Assembly (NCBI GenBank): GCA_965249275.1
Contig: CBDFLQ010000005.1
Coordinates: forward strand, 544,001 to 608,000
Direction: 5' to 3'
DNA: 64,000 nt
DNA from: Dehalococcoidia bacterium
GTDB taxonomy: Bacteria > Chloroflexota > Dehalococcoidia > Plut-88900
Below the pieces are notes generated by a model. That model had not been told where the DNA came from. It saw nothing but the letters and a program-made list of their open reading frames with translations, and did not search any database. How positions within the stretch are numbered: the stretch's first letter is position 1; every line of letters begins with the position of its first letter. A program made the translations under genes and the position numbers. Shown here in pieces: positions 1 through 9,414 of the stretch.

Positions 1-265
1 AGGAGTAGTCAAGCTTGGCGTCGGCGGTGCGGGCAAGCCACCGAGCGAGGCCCCTGCGCCGGTTTTCGACTCGCTCCTCGTCGATTGAGCCATCGGGCTT
101 TCGGAAGAAATCGTGAGTGCCGGGCTGCTCCAGGAGATGGTCGTAGACGACCTTGGTTACCTCGTCGGCGCGGGCGATGACGGTTGGGCCGGTGGAACGG
201 ATTAGCTGGGCGTCCTCCTCGGTGAAGCCGATAAACTCGGCCATCTGGAGGAGATGGAGGTCCAT
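1..265 (-). CDS. Protoglobin/globin-sensor domain protein (partial, runs off the window start)
   Basis: Not in the ORF track; translated by hand from ATG at 265: MDLHLLQMAEFIGFTEEDAQLIRSTGPTVIARADEVTKVVYDHLLEQPGTHDFF...; the F-x-GFTEED and YDHL pattern is typical of protoglobin domains; frame is open to the window edge. Confidence 0.7.
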   Translation of the reverse strand, partial: MDLHLLQMAEFIGFTEEDAQLIRSTGPTVIARADEVTKVVYDHLLEQPGTHDFFRKPDGSIDEERVENRRRGLARWLARTADAKLDYS

Positions 266-411
266 CTTGCGGCCCGATTTTCGGGTGACGGGGGCTTGCA
301 TTTGTCCAGTGTACTATACGGGACAATGACGGACACCCGCCTTGACACGGGTAGCGCGTTATCTAATATGAGGCAACCGCTTTTCGGCTCAAAGAGAGTC
401 GAGTCTGGAGA

Positions 412-1344
412 ATGAAGATGGCAGAAGCTCGTTTACCTACCGAAGAAGAGGTCTTGGGGTATGCGGAGACATGCTCGAATTGGGGGCGTTGGGGGGCGGA
501 GGACCAACTGGGGACGCTGAACCTGGTGACGGATGAGAAGAGGCGGCAGGCGGCAGGGCTGGTGAGGGATGGGGTGTCGGTGTCCTGCGCCTGGACAATC
601 AAGACGGATATGCCGGGGGAGCACACGTCCCGGGTGCTGCACTACATGGTGGCGACGGGGGAAGCAGGCGCGGATGCCACGTGGTCGGGGGACTTCCTGG
701 GGATGGCGTATCACGGCAACTGCATAACGCACGTGGATGCGCTGTGTCACGTGTTCACGGGTGGGAAGATGTACAACGGCCTCCCATCAACACTGGTGAA
801 CAGTGAGAATGGGGCAGAGGCGGAGTCGATCACGCTGCTTTCTCAGGGGGTGGTGACGAGGGGGGTGCTGCTGGACATAGCGAGGCTGCGGGGCGAGGAC
901 CGGATCGAATCGCCGGTGGCGATTACGCCGGATATATTGGAAGAGGCGGAGGTGTCGGAGAGAGTGAGAGTGGAATCGGGGGACGTACTGCTAATTCGGA
1001 CGGGGCACCTGGCTCGGTACTACGACGGTATCGTGACCGACACGTCTGACCCTAAGCCGGGGCCGCACGTTTCGTGTCTGCCGTGGTTCCGTGAGAGGGG
1101 AATAGCGATGCTGGGCGGCGACCAGAACAACGAGGTCTCGCCGAGCGGGTATGCGAACATCGGGGAGCCTATACACCAGGTCGGGATACCGGCGCTGGGG
1201 CTGTGGCTTATCGACAACATGAACCTTGAAGAGGTGGCGCAGGCGTGTGCGGAGCGGGGTCGGTGGGAGTTCATGATTGTGGTTGCGCCGCTCAGGTTTC
1301 GGGGGGCTACGGGGAGTCCGGCGAATCCGCTGGCGGTGTTTTAG
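412..1344 (+). CDS. Cyclase family (kynurenine formamidase-like) metal-dependent hydrolase
   Basis: NWGRWGxEDQLGTLN N-terminus, H-x(4)-THVD metal motif, GDVLLIRTG, C-terminal GATGSPANPLAVF. Confidence 0.9.
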   Translation: MKMAEARLPTEEEVLGYAETCSNWGRWGAEDQLGTLNLVTDEKRRQAAGLVRDGVSVSCAWTIKTDMPGEHTSRVLHYMVATGEAGADATWSGDFLGMAYHGNCITHVDALCHVFTGGKMYNGLPSTLVNSENGAEAESITLLSQGVVTRGVLLDIARLRGEDRIESPVAITPDILEEAEVSERVRVESGDVLLIRTGHLARYYDGIVTDTSDPKPGPHVSCLPWFRERGIAMLGGDQNNEVSPSGYANIGEPIHQVGIPALGLWLIDNMNLEEVAQACAERGRWEFMIVVAPLRFRGATGSPANPLAVF

Positions 1345-1398
1345 TCACCAATTGGCCCCTTATCGGCTTTTCGTGTCATTCACCTTAGGAGTTGAGAA

Positions 1399-2529
1399 GT
1401 GACAGCGAAGTTTGTGGATATAGACGGGCACATCATGGAGCCGGCCAACCTGTGGCTCGACTATATCGAGCCGGAGTACCGGGAACATGCGTTGCGGATA
1501 TCGGAGGATGAGGACGGGCTGGAGTATCTCAATGTAGACGGGAATAAGTCGTACTTCGGGCGAGGGGGGTCGTTGGGTGCACTGGGGGCTATCGGGCAGG
1601 ACGTGAGGCCGTATCTGGAGCCGGGCCGGATCTCTTGGGAGGAGGCGATGGTCCCGGGAGGGTACATCTCCGGCGAACGGGTGAAGGTGATGGACGCCGA
1701 GCGAATCGACGTCACGATGGTGTACCCATCACTGGGGCTGATGTGGGAGTACGACTGCGACGACTACAGGATCGCGGCGGCTAACTGTCGGGCGTACAAC
1801 AATTGGGTGTTCGATTTTTGTGGCGGGGCGCCGGAACGGCTGGTCCCGGTCGCACATATCCCTATGGGGGACGTCGATGAGGCAATAAAGGAGATGAAGA
1901 GGACGGCGGGGCTCGGGGCTAAGGCGATGATGGTAGGGTCGGACTTTCACGAGGGCAGGACCTACGGACACTCATACTATGACCCGTTCTGGGCGGAGGC
2001 CCAGGCGATAGACATGCCGATAACCATCCACCCATCGACGGGGAAGGGGTCTCTGACATCGGTGGCGTATCCCAACAGGGAAGAGCTGACGGTCTGGTGG
2101 GTGAACATCCACGGGGGCGAGAACGTGAAGATGAACTTCACCAGCCTCTTCAATCATGGTACGTTCGACAAGTTTCCAGACCTGAAGGTCGTGATATTGG
2201 AGGCGGGTATCGGGTGGCTGGTGTGGTGGCTCGACAGGCTCGACGAGAAGTTCGAGGTCAACGGGTTTACGACGCCCATGCAGGAAGTCCCGAGCACCTA
2301 CTTCAAGCGGCAGGGGTTCATATCGATGGACCCGGATGAGAGGCTGGCCAAGTTCAGTATCGAGGTTCTGGGGGCAGACAAGTTCATGTGGGCCTACGAT
2401 TTTCCGCACTCGGACTCGATTCTCGACCCGGTGAGGGAATTGGAGGAGAATCTGGCGGGGTTGTCGGAGGAGGACCAGTTGAAGGTGTTTGGGGAGAATG
2501 CGGTGGAGCTGTATAAGCTGGCGGTGTAG
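1399..2529 (+). CDS. Amidohydrolase_2 family protein (paralog 1)
   Basis: DIDGHIMEP, RAYNNW, ITIHP, LEAGIGW, WAYDFPHSD motifs; GTG start after AGGAG. Confidence 0.92.
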   Translation: MTAKFVDIDGHIMEPANLWLDYIEPEYREHALRISEDEDGLEYLNVDGNKSYFGRGGSLGALGAIGQDVRPYLEPGRISWEEAMVPGGYISGERVKVMDAERIDVTMVYPSLGLMWEYDCDDYRIAAANCRAYNNWVFDFCGGAPERLVPVAHIPMGDVDEAIKEMKRTAGLGAKAMMVGSDFHEGRTYGHSYYDPFWAEAQAIDMPITIHPSTGKGSLTSVAYPNREELTVWWVNIHGGENVKMNFTSLFNHGTFDKFPDLKVVILEAGIGWLVWWLDRLDEKFEVNGFTTPMQEVPSTYFKRQGFISMDPDERLAKFSIEVLGADKFMWAYDFPHSDSILDPVRELEENLAGLSEEDQLKVFGENAVELYKLAV

Positions 2530-2739
2530 AGGACTCTTTCACCCTCACCTATCGAGGGACCTTTGGACAACTACTATTTCGGAACTCGGATCACCCTCAC
2601 CCCACCCCCCTCCCATCCCGAGGCCCCGCGAGGGATCTACAGCATCCCTCCCATATACCACCTCATTCGTTGCCATTACGCCCTTCTTCTCCCCCCTCCC
2701 GTCATTCCCGACCCCTATCGGGAATCCATCCCCCTCCCA

Positions 2740-2878
2740 CCAGTACTGAATTAGAGGCCCACGTGCGTGCTCTGCACGCACGTGGGCCTCTATTCTTCTC
2801 TCCCCCTCTCCCTTGAAGGCCCTAAGGGTCGAAGATGCGCCTTTGGCGTGAGAGGGGGACAAAGGGGGTGAGGGTTCC
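2740..2878 (-). repeat. Variable-hairpin scaffold element, copy 1
   Basis: Reverse complement of the scaffold at 28770/29097; perfect 19-bp hairpin at 2752-2792. Confidence 0.9.
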
Positions 2879-3015
2879 CCGGTGGGGCTGGGGCGGGTCC
2901 CCTTTCTCCCGTGTCATTCCGATGCCCCGCGAGGAATCTGGGGTGGGGCGTCCTGTCCCCCTCCCACCCCCCCCGTCATTCCCGACTCCGATCGGGAATC
3001 CATCCCCCTTCCCCC

Positions 3016-3155
3016 CCAGTACTGAACTAGAGGGAGACGTTGGCGCAGACGCGCCAACGTCTCCCTCTGTTCTTCTCTCCCCCTCTCCCTTGAAGGCCCT
3101 AAGGGTCGAAGATGCGCCTTTGGCGTGAGAGGGGGACAAAGGGGGTGAAGGTTCC
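3016..3155 (-). repeat. Variable-hairpin scaffold element, copy 2
   Basis: Same scaffold; perfect 18-bp hairpin at 3029-3068 with a different arm sequence. Confidence 0.9.
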
Positions 3156-3293
3156 CCGGTGGGGCTGGGGCGGATCCCCTTTCTCCCGTGTCATTCCGAT
3201 GCCCCGCGAGGAATCTGGGGGGGGCGTCCTGTCCCCCTCCCCTTTTACTAGGGATGGGGCCGTAGGCTCGCCTCGGCGAGTGACACGAACCCC

Positions 3294-3323
3294 TTGACCC
3301 TACCTGAACACCCGTGCTATTCT
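3294..3323 (+). promoter_or_regulatory. Putative sigma70 promoter with extended -10, overlapping a LexA-box-like site
   Basis: TTGACC (3294-3299), 18 nt, TG-n-TATTCT; GAAC-N4-GTGC at 3306-3317; AAGGAGG at 3356-3362. Confidence 0.4.
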
Positions 3324-4110
3324 CCCCACCGTTCGAACACCAACCTAACTATCTCAAGGAGGAACCAAAAACCCAGGGAAGCCCACCCGACCCACCCGAG
3401 GACTCAACGCCTCAGCCCATCCCAACGGTCGCCTAGCGACATGCGGCTCAAGCGACCGGCGCCATCTCCTCATCCCACCGGGTCTCGTGTCCCCTTCCCT
3501 GACCACCCAGGCGATGGAGGGTCCATCGACTCTACGCGGCACGCCCCCTTCCAGGGGCCCCTGCCGAATCGGTGCCCCCTATCAGGGGAGCGCCTATGCG
3601 TCGGCATCTACTTTGCCGGCGAAGCTAAACGGCCCGGCGTTACCGGGATTAGGGCCATCGAGCCCCTACGCGGCTCCACCGTCGTCACCATCGGCGAACT
3701 CCATTCCGCCCATGACGACTTCGAGCCGAATGCTGTCCCGCACAGCGGTCGAGCGCTGATGCGGGACGGATTGCCCCACCCAGGGACGCCCTCGACACCG
3801 GCAAGTCCCCAAAGGCATGCGTGGGGATACGGCAGGACAGCCGCCGATGTGATAGATACGCTGTGGTGGACCACAAGCGTCGGCGTAGGTGCCATCGTCA
3901 TCCTGCATCAGAGTCCCGGACCTTCCATCGCCTTCCCCTCCAAAACAAAAACCGAAACCCCAAATCCCAATCGAATATGGAACATCCGCCTCGGGCGGGT
4001 CCGCCTCAGGAGGACTGAATAACCACCCCATCCTCCTCATTGTACCCGCCGTGGATGTGGAGTAGCATTCCCCCCAATCGTCAGGCGCATTTTAGTTAAG
4101 GAGACAGGAA

Positions 4111-5241
4111 ATGGGCGCTACTTTCGTGGACATAGACGGCCACATCATGGAGCCTTCGAACCTGTGGCAGGATTACATAGATCCCGAGTACCGGGACCAC
4201 GCCCTGAAGATATCCAAAGACGAAAACGGGCTTGAGTACCTGAACGTTGACGGCAACAAGGCGTTCTTGGGGAGGGATGGGGCTTTCGGGGCCCTGGGCG
4301 CGATCGGCAAAGACGTGAGGCCCTACCTGGAGCCCGGACGCATCTCCTGGGACGAGGCGATGGTGCCTGGAGGCTACATAGCCTCCGAGAGGGCCAAGGT
4401 GATGGACGAGGAGCGGATAGACATTACCCTGGTCTATCCCTCCCTCGGCCTGGTCTGGGAGTACGACTGCGACGACGTGAAAGTTGCGGCGGCCAACTGT
4501 CGGGCATACAACGACTGGGTGTTCGACTTCTGCAGCGAAGCCCCGACACGCCTCATCCCCGTGGCGCACATCCCGATGGCCGATGTGGACGAGGCGATCA
4601 AGGAGATGAAGAGGACGGCGGCGCTCGGGGCCAAGGCAATGATGATTGGGTCGGACTGCACCCCCGGAAGGCCCTACGGCCACCCTTACTTCGACCCTCT
4701 GTGGGAAGAGGCGGTGGCCCTGGACATGCCCATGACCATTCACCCTGCCACGGGGCGCAATTCGGTTTCGGCGGTGGCCTACCCTGACGCCGAGGACCTG
4801 ACCCCCTGGTGGATCTTCCTCTACGGCGGCGAGAACGTAAAGCTGAATTTCAGCAGCTTCTTCAACCATGGCACTTTCGACAGGTTCCCGGACCTGAATC
4901 TGGTGATCCTGGAGTCGGGGATAGGGTGGCTCGTGTGGTGGCTTGACCGAATGGACGAGAAGTTCGAGATCAACGGCTTCACCACCCCCATGAAGGAAAT
5001 CCCCAGCTACTACTTCAAGCGCCAGTGCTTCATATCCATGGACCCGGATGAGCGCCTAGCCAAGTTCAGCATCGAGGTCCTGGGGGCCGACAGGTTCATG
5101 TGGGCCTACGACTTCCCGCATTCCGACTCGATTCTCGACCCCGTGAACGAGCTGGAGAAGAACTTGGCAGATCTGCCGGAAGAAGACCAGCAGAAGGTGT
5201 TCGGGGGGAACGCGGTACATCTGTACAACCTGGCAATGTAG
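4111..5241 (+). CDS. Amidohydrolase_2 family protein (paralog 2)
   Basis: 376 aa, colinear with and highly similar to 1399..2529; AAGGAG RBS. Confidence 0.93.
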   Translation: MGATFVDIDGHIMEPSNLWQDYIDPEYRDHALKISKDENGLEYLNVDGNKAFLGRDGAFGALGAIGKDVRPYLEPGRISWDEAMVPGGYIASERAKVMDEERIDITLVYPSLGLVWEYDCDDVKVAAANCRAYNDWVFDFCSEAPTRLIPVAHIPMADVDEAIKEMKRTAALGAKAMMIGSDCTPGRPYGHPYFDPLWEEAVALDMPMTIHPATGRNSVSAVAYPDAEDLTPWWIFLYGGENVKLNFSSFFNHGTFDRFPDLNLVILESGIGWLVWWLDRMDEKFEINGFTTPMKEIPSYYFKRQCFISMDPDERLAKFSIEVLGADRFMWAYDFPHSDSILDPVNELEKNLADLPEEDQQKVFGGNAVHLYNLAM

Positions 5242-5247
5242 AGAGAA

Positions 5248-5289
5248 TCACCCTCACCCCAACCCTCTCCCGTCAAGAGAGAAGGGACA
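5248..5289 (+). repeat. REP-like hairpin (TCACCCTCACCC..CCCTCTCCC-GTCAA-G(G/A)GAGA family), uninterrupted copy
   Basis: Matches 14618-14656; lies just after a stop codon. Confidence 0.75.
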
Positions 5290-5399
5290 GGATATCTTTT
5301 CAAAGCGACATGAAGTCTGAAATTCGCGTTGTGCATGGTGTGGATGTGCAGTAACATTCCCGTCAATCGTTGGGCCCCCTGTAATTAAGGAGACGAGAG

Positions 5400-6530
5400 A
5401 TGAACGCTACCTTCGTGGACATAGATGGTCACATCATGGAGCCTTCGAACCTGTGGCTGGACTACATCGATCCCGAGTACCGGGACCACGCCCTGAAGAT
5501 ATCGAAGGACGAGAACGGGCTTGAATACCTGGATGTTGACGGGACCAAGTCGTTTTTCGGGCGGGGTGGGGCGCTGGGGGCCCTGGGAGCGATCGGAAAA
5601 GACGCGAGACCCTACCTCGAGCCGGGTCGTATATCTTGGGACGAAGCTATGGTCCCGGGAGGGTATATCGGTACTGAGCGGGCGAAGGTGATGGATGAGG
5701 AGCGGATAGACATAACGCTGGTCTACCCGTCGCTGGGACTGCTTTGGGAATACGATTGCCCTGACGTAAAGGTTGCGGCGGCAAACTGTCGGGCATACAA
5801 CGACTGGGTGTTCGACTTCTGCAGCGAGGCGCCGACCCGCCTGGTACCCGTGGCGCACATCCCCATGGCCGACGTGAATGAGGCGATCAAGGAGATGAAG
5901 AGGACTGCGGCATTAGGGGCGAAAGCGATGATGATCGGGTCGGACTGTACCCCCGGAACGCCGTACGGGCATCCGTATTTCGACCCGCTGTGGGCGGAGG
6001 CCGAGGCTCTGGAAATGCCTATGACCATACATCCGTCGACGGGAAGCAACTCGGTGTCGGCGGTGGCGTACCCGAATCCGGAGGACCAGACCGCATGGTG
6101 GCTCTTCCTCTACGGCGGCGAGACGGTGAAACTGAACTTCAGCAGCTTTTTCAACCACGGCACTTTCGACAGGTTCCCGGACCTTAAGGTGGTGATCCTG
6201 GAGTCGGGGATCGGGTGGCTGGTGTGGTGGCTGGACCGCATGGACGAGAAGTTTGAGGTGAACGGTTTCACCACGCCCATGAAAGAGATTCCGAGCACTT
6301 ACTTCAAGCGGCAGGGGTTTATATCGATGGACCCGGACGAGCGCTTGGCGAAGCTCAGCATCGAAATCCTCGGCGCCGACAGATTTATGTGGGCCTACGA
6401 CTTCCCGCACTCGGACTCGATACTGGACCCGGTGAGGGAGCTGGAGGAGAATCTGGGAGACCTGCCTGAGGATGACCAGTTGAAAGTGTTCGGGGGGAAC
6501 GCGATGGAGTTGTATAAGCTGGCTTCTTAG
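5400..6530 (+). CDS. Amidohydrolase_2 family protein (paralog 3)
   Basis: 376 aa, closest to 4111..5241; about 60 bp of upstream sequence is also duplicated. Confidence 0.93.
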   Translation: MNATFVDIDGHIMEPSNLWLDYIDPEYRDHALKISKDENGLEYLDVDGTKSFFGRGGALGALGAIGKDARPYLEPGRISWDEAMVPGGYIGTERAKVMDEERIDITLVYPSLGLLWEYDCPDVKVAAANCRAYNDWVFDFCSEAPTRLVPVAHIPMADVNEAIKEMKRTAALGAKAMMIGSDCTPGTPYGHPYFDPLWAEAEALEMPMTIHPSTGSNSVSAVAYPNPEDQTAWWLFLYGGETVKLNFSSFFNHGTFDRFPDLKVVILESGIGWLVWWLDRMDEKFEVNGFTTPMKEIPSTYFKRQGFISMDPDERLAKLSIEILGADRFMWAYDFPHSDSILDPVRELEENLGDLPEDDQLKVFGGNAMELYKLAS

Positions 6531-6591
6531 CAACCAGCTGTAGCTCGGGCCCCTTACAACAGGTCTCGCTCGAACTGGGAGGTAAGTAAAG

Positions 6592-7737
6592 ATGTCCGCG
6601 CCCAGACTTATCGATATAGACAGCCATGTGCTGGAGCCGCCGGACCTTTGGGTCGAGAATATCGAGGCGAAGTATAAGGACCGAGCGCTTCGTTTTGAGA
6701 AGGATGAGAAGGGCTGGGAATACATGTGTGTGGACAATGCGCACCACCACGGGTATTTCCTGGACGGCGGGATTTTCGGGAGGGCGGGCGCGGGCCAACC
6801 CGACCGGCCTCATCCGATTCAAGACTATCTGACACCTGGGAAGGTCGGGTATGCGGAGGGACGACCTCCGGCCGCCTACGACCCCGATGAGCACGTGAAG
6901 GTGTTGGACCAGCGGGGGATAGACACGGTGATCCTGTACCCGACGCTGGGACTGACGTGGGAGACTGTGTGCCCTGATGCGGGTCTCGCTTTGGCTTACG
7001 CCCGGGTCTACAACGACTGGATCGCTCAATTCTGCAGCACCAACCCCTCTCGGCTGGCGCATGTGGCCCACGTTCCACTTCGGGACATGGCGGGGGCTGT
7101 CGAGGAGGTGAGGCGGGTGAAGGGGCAGGGGGCGAAGGGGCTGATGGTCTACGGTCGGCCAACGAATGGTGGCTCGTATGGGGATGCGTACTTTGATCCG
7201 CTGTGGGACGTGTGCCAGGAACTCGACATGCCGGTGTCGCTGCACGCTACGGGGAACCCGCGGCATTTTGGGAACGAGTTGTACCCACAGTCGGACCACA
7301 CAGTAACGTGGTGGGTGTACATGTGGGCTGCGGAGGACGTGAAGCTGGGGTTTACATCGTTCTTCCAGGGAGGCGTGTTCGAGCGGTTCCCGGGATTCAA
7401 GCTGGTGGTTACGGAGTCAGGGAGTGGATGGCTGCCACACTGGCTGGAGCGGATGGACGAGTACTACGAGCTTTTCGGTTTCACGACGGGTATGAAGATG
7501 AAGCCGACGGAGTATTTCAAGCGGCAGTGCTGGATCGACATGGAGCCGGAAGAGAAGGAAGCACATCGGCCGATTGAGTTGCTCGGGGCGGACAGGTTCC
7601 TTTGGGCAGGTGACTTTCCGCACAGCGACAGCAGCGCTGACCCTGTGGGTGAGTTGAAGGAGAACCTGAGTTCGCTGCCGGAGTCGGACCAGCGGAAGAT
7701 CATGGGGGAGAATGCGGTAGGATTGTACGGGTTGTAG
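6592..7737 (+). CDS. Amidohydrolase_2 family protein (paralog 4)
   Basis: DIDSHVLEP, VYNDW, SLHA, ESGSGW, WAGDFPHSD. Confidence 0.92.
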   Translation: MSAPRLIDIDSHVLEPPDLWVENIEAKYKDRALRFEKDEKGWEYMCVDNAHHHGYFLDGGIFGRAGAGQPDRPHPIQDYLTPGKVGYAEGRPPAAYDPDEHVKVLDQRGIDTVILYPTLGLTWETVCPDAGLALAYARVYNDWIAQFCSTNPSRLAHVAHVPLRDMAGAVEEVRRVKGQGAKGLMVYGRPTNGGSYGDAYFDPLWDVCQELDMPVSLHATGNPRHFGNELYPQSDHTVTWWVYMWAAEDVKLGFTSFFQGGVFERFPGFKLVVTESGSGWLPHWLERMDEYYELFGFTTGMKMKPTEYFKRQCWIDMEPEEKEAHRPIELLGADRFLWAGDFPHSDSSADPVGELKENLSSLPESDQRKIMGENAVGLYGL

Positions 7738-7775
7738 GGTTAATCTCACCCTTACTTTGGTCCTCTCCCCGTCAA

Positions 7776-7908
7776 GAGACCTTTGCAAAAATGCTGGTCA
7801 CGCCAGTGGTGCCATCCAGATCACCTTACCTCCTTCCCCCCGCTCATACTTCAAGAGCCTCAGCACGAGCGGCCCCGGCCCCTCCGGCACGGGTTATGCA
7901 AAGATCGC
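7776..7908. mobile_element. ~130-bp MITE copy 1, in a REP loop
   Basis: Ends GAGACCTTTGCAAAA / GTTATGCAAAGATCGC; flanked by GTCAA / ATCGA; shared core CCGCTCATACTTC(G/A)AGAGCCTCAGCACGAGCGGCCCC. Confidence 0.8.
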
Positions 7909-7958
7909 ATCGAGGGAGAGGAGGCTGGATATCACCCTCTGCCCCAGAGATAAAAATG

Positions 7959-7992
7959 GAAACAACAAGAATTACAGCATTCTTGTTGTTTC
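7959..7992. promoter_or_regulatory. AT-rich perfect inverted repeat (operator or terminator)
   Basis: GAAACAACAAGAAT-tacagc-ATTCTTGTTGTTTC, 14-bp arms, about 45 bp upstream of the next start. Confidence 0.5.
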
Positions 7993-8037
7993 TTTAACAG
8001 TAGGGGACGTACGCTTCAGGAGACTTGAATTTTGACG

Positions 8038-9195
8038 ATGTCGAATGGCGAGCCCAAGATTGTGGATGCGGATGGGCATGTGTTGGAGCCTCCCGGGTTG
8101 TGGGAGGAGTACCTGGAGCCCGAGTACAAGAACCGCGCCATTCGAATCGCCACTAACGAGGCGGGGCTGGAGTATATCGAGATTGATGGGAGGCCGTCAG
8201 AGGCGGGGGCGGTGGGGACATTGGGGAACGTGGCATCGGCGGGTAAGTCGATGGAGTGGAGGCTGGAGAATAGCCTGAAACCAGGCGCCTTCACCTACGC
8301 CGACGGTCTGAAGATGGCTCCCGGCTCCTGCGACTCCCATGAACGGATCAAGGTGCTGGACGGGGATGGGATCGACGTTGCGGTGCTCTATCACACGATC
8401 ATCGTTCAGACGCAGTCGGAGTGGAAGGACGCGGAATTGTCGGCGGCGTATGCCCGGGCGTACAACCGATGGATAGTGGATTTCTGCGAGCCCTATCCGG
8501 ACAGGCTCATTCCGATTCCTCACCTTTCCATGCTCGACGTAGAGCTTGCAGTTGCCGAGCTTCAGAGAGTGGCGGGGCTCGGGGCCAGGGCGGTCAATAT
8601 CGGTATGGAAGCCCCGGAGGGCCGGCCATACGGGGACTCTCTCTACGACCCGTTTTGGGCCGAGGCCCAGGAGTCGGGGCTGCCGGTTACCATTCATCCC
8701 CACGATAGCGTCAAAGCTCCCGGGGTCATCCAGGGCTACTACAAGATCACCTACTCGGACACCTACTGGTGGCATCTAACGACTGCGGTCCTGGATATGC
8801 CGCTGGCAGTCGCCTCTTTATTTCAGGGTGGAGTGTTCGAGAAGTTTCCGGGGTTGAAGATAGTGATATTGGAGTCGGGGTGCGGGTGGCTGCCGTGGTG
8901 GCTTGATCGGATGGATGAGAAGTTCGAGATAGCCGGGTTCACGACCGGATGCAAGCGGCCCCCAAGCGAGTATTTCAAGGAGCAATGTTGGATCTCCCTG
9001 GACCCCGATGAACATTTTGCCCCGGCGGTCATAACGCACGTTGGGGCGGACAGGTTCATCTGGGCATCGGACTATCCACATGCGGACGGTGTGCCGGACC
9101 CGGTCAATGAACTCAGGAAGACCCTGGAGGTGCTGCCGGAGGTCGACCAACTTAAAGTGTTGGGGGAGAATGCGGTTGGGTTATATGGGTTGTAG
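8038..9195 (+). CDS. Amidohydrolase_2 family protein (paralog 5)
   Basis: DADGHVLEPP, AYNRW, VTIHP, LESGCGW, WASDYPHAD; start could be TTG 8032. Confidence 0.92.
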   Translation: MSNGEPKIVDADGHVLEPPGLWEEYLEPEYKNRAIRIATNEAGLEYIEIDGRPSEAGAVGTLGNVASAGKSMEWRLENSLKPGAFTYADGLKMAPGSCDSHERIKVLDGDGIDVAVLYHTIIVQTQSEWKDAELSAAYARAYNRWIVDFCEPYPDRLIPIPHLSMLDVELAVAELQRVAGLGARAVNIGMEAPEGRPYGDSLYDPFWAEAQESGLPVTIHPHDSVKAPGVIQGYYKITYSDTYWWHLTTAVLDMPLAVASLFQGGVFEKFPGLKIVILESGCGWLPWWLDRMDEKFEIAGFTTGCKRPPSEYFKEQCWISLDPDEHFAPAVITHVGADRFIWASDYPHADGVPDPVNELRKTLEVLPEVDQLKVLGENAVGLYGL

Positions 9196-9414
9196 GGGAG
9201 GTTCACCCTCACTCTTCTTGGTGAGCCTACGGTCCTAGCCCTCTCAGGCTTGGCGCAACTCCCGGGCGTGGGGCTAGGACACCCCGCCCATTCCGCTCTT
9301 GAGACCCTTCGACTCGGCTCACGCCACGGCGCATCTTCGACAGGGCGAGCGGAATACCCCGCCCTTGGGGATGTATGTGCCATATTTCGTGAGCATCCTA
9401 CGCAGGAATGGAGG

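Larger units (their letters stand above)
2700..3240. repeat. Tandem duplication (period 277 bp) of a composite repeat unit
   Basis: 2793-2960 and 3070-3237 differ at about 3 positions; each unit contains a GTCATTCCCGA..TCGGGAATCC hairpin, a variable-hairpin element and a GTCATTCCGATGCCCCGCGAGGAATCT motif. Confidence 0.92.

Noticed and set aside
2545-3297. ORFs 2545..2862, 2822..3139, 2835..3128, 3112..3297
   Set aside because: They are translations of the duplicated non-coding repeat and have no protein motifs.
3294-4022. 242-aa ORF as a real CDS
   Set aside because: Its TTG start coincides with a -35 box, the RBS lies inside it, and the Pro/Arg-rich sequence has no family signal; kept only as a finding.
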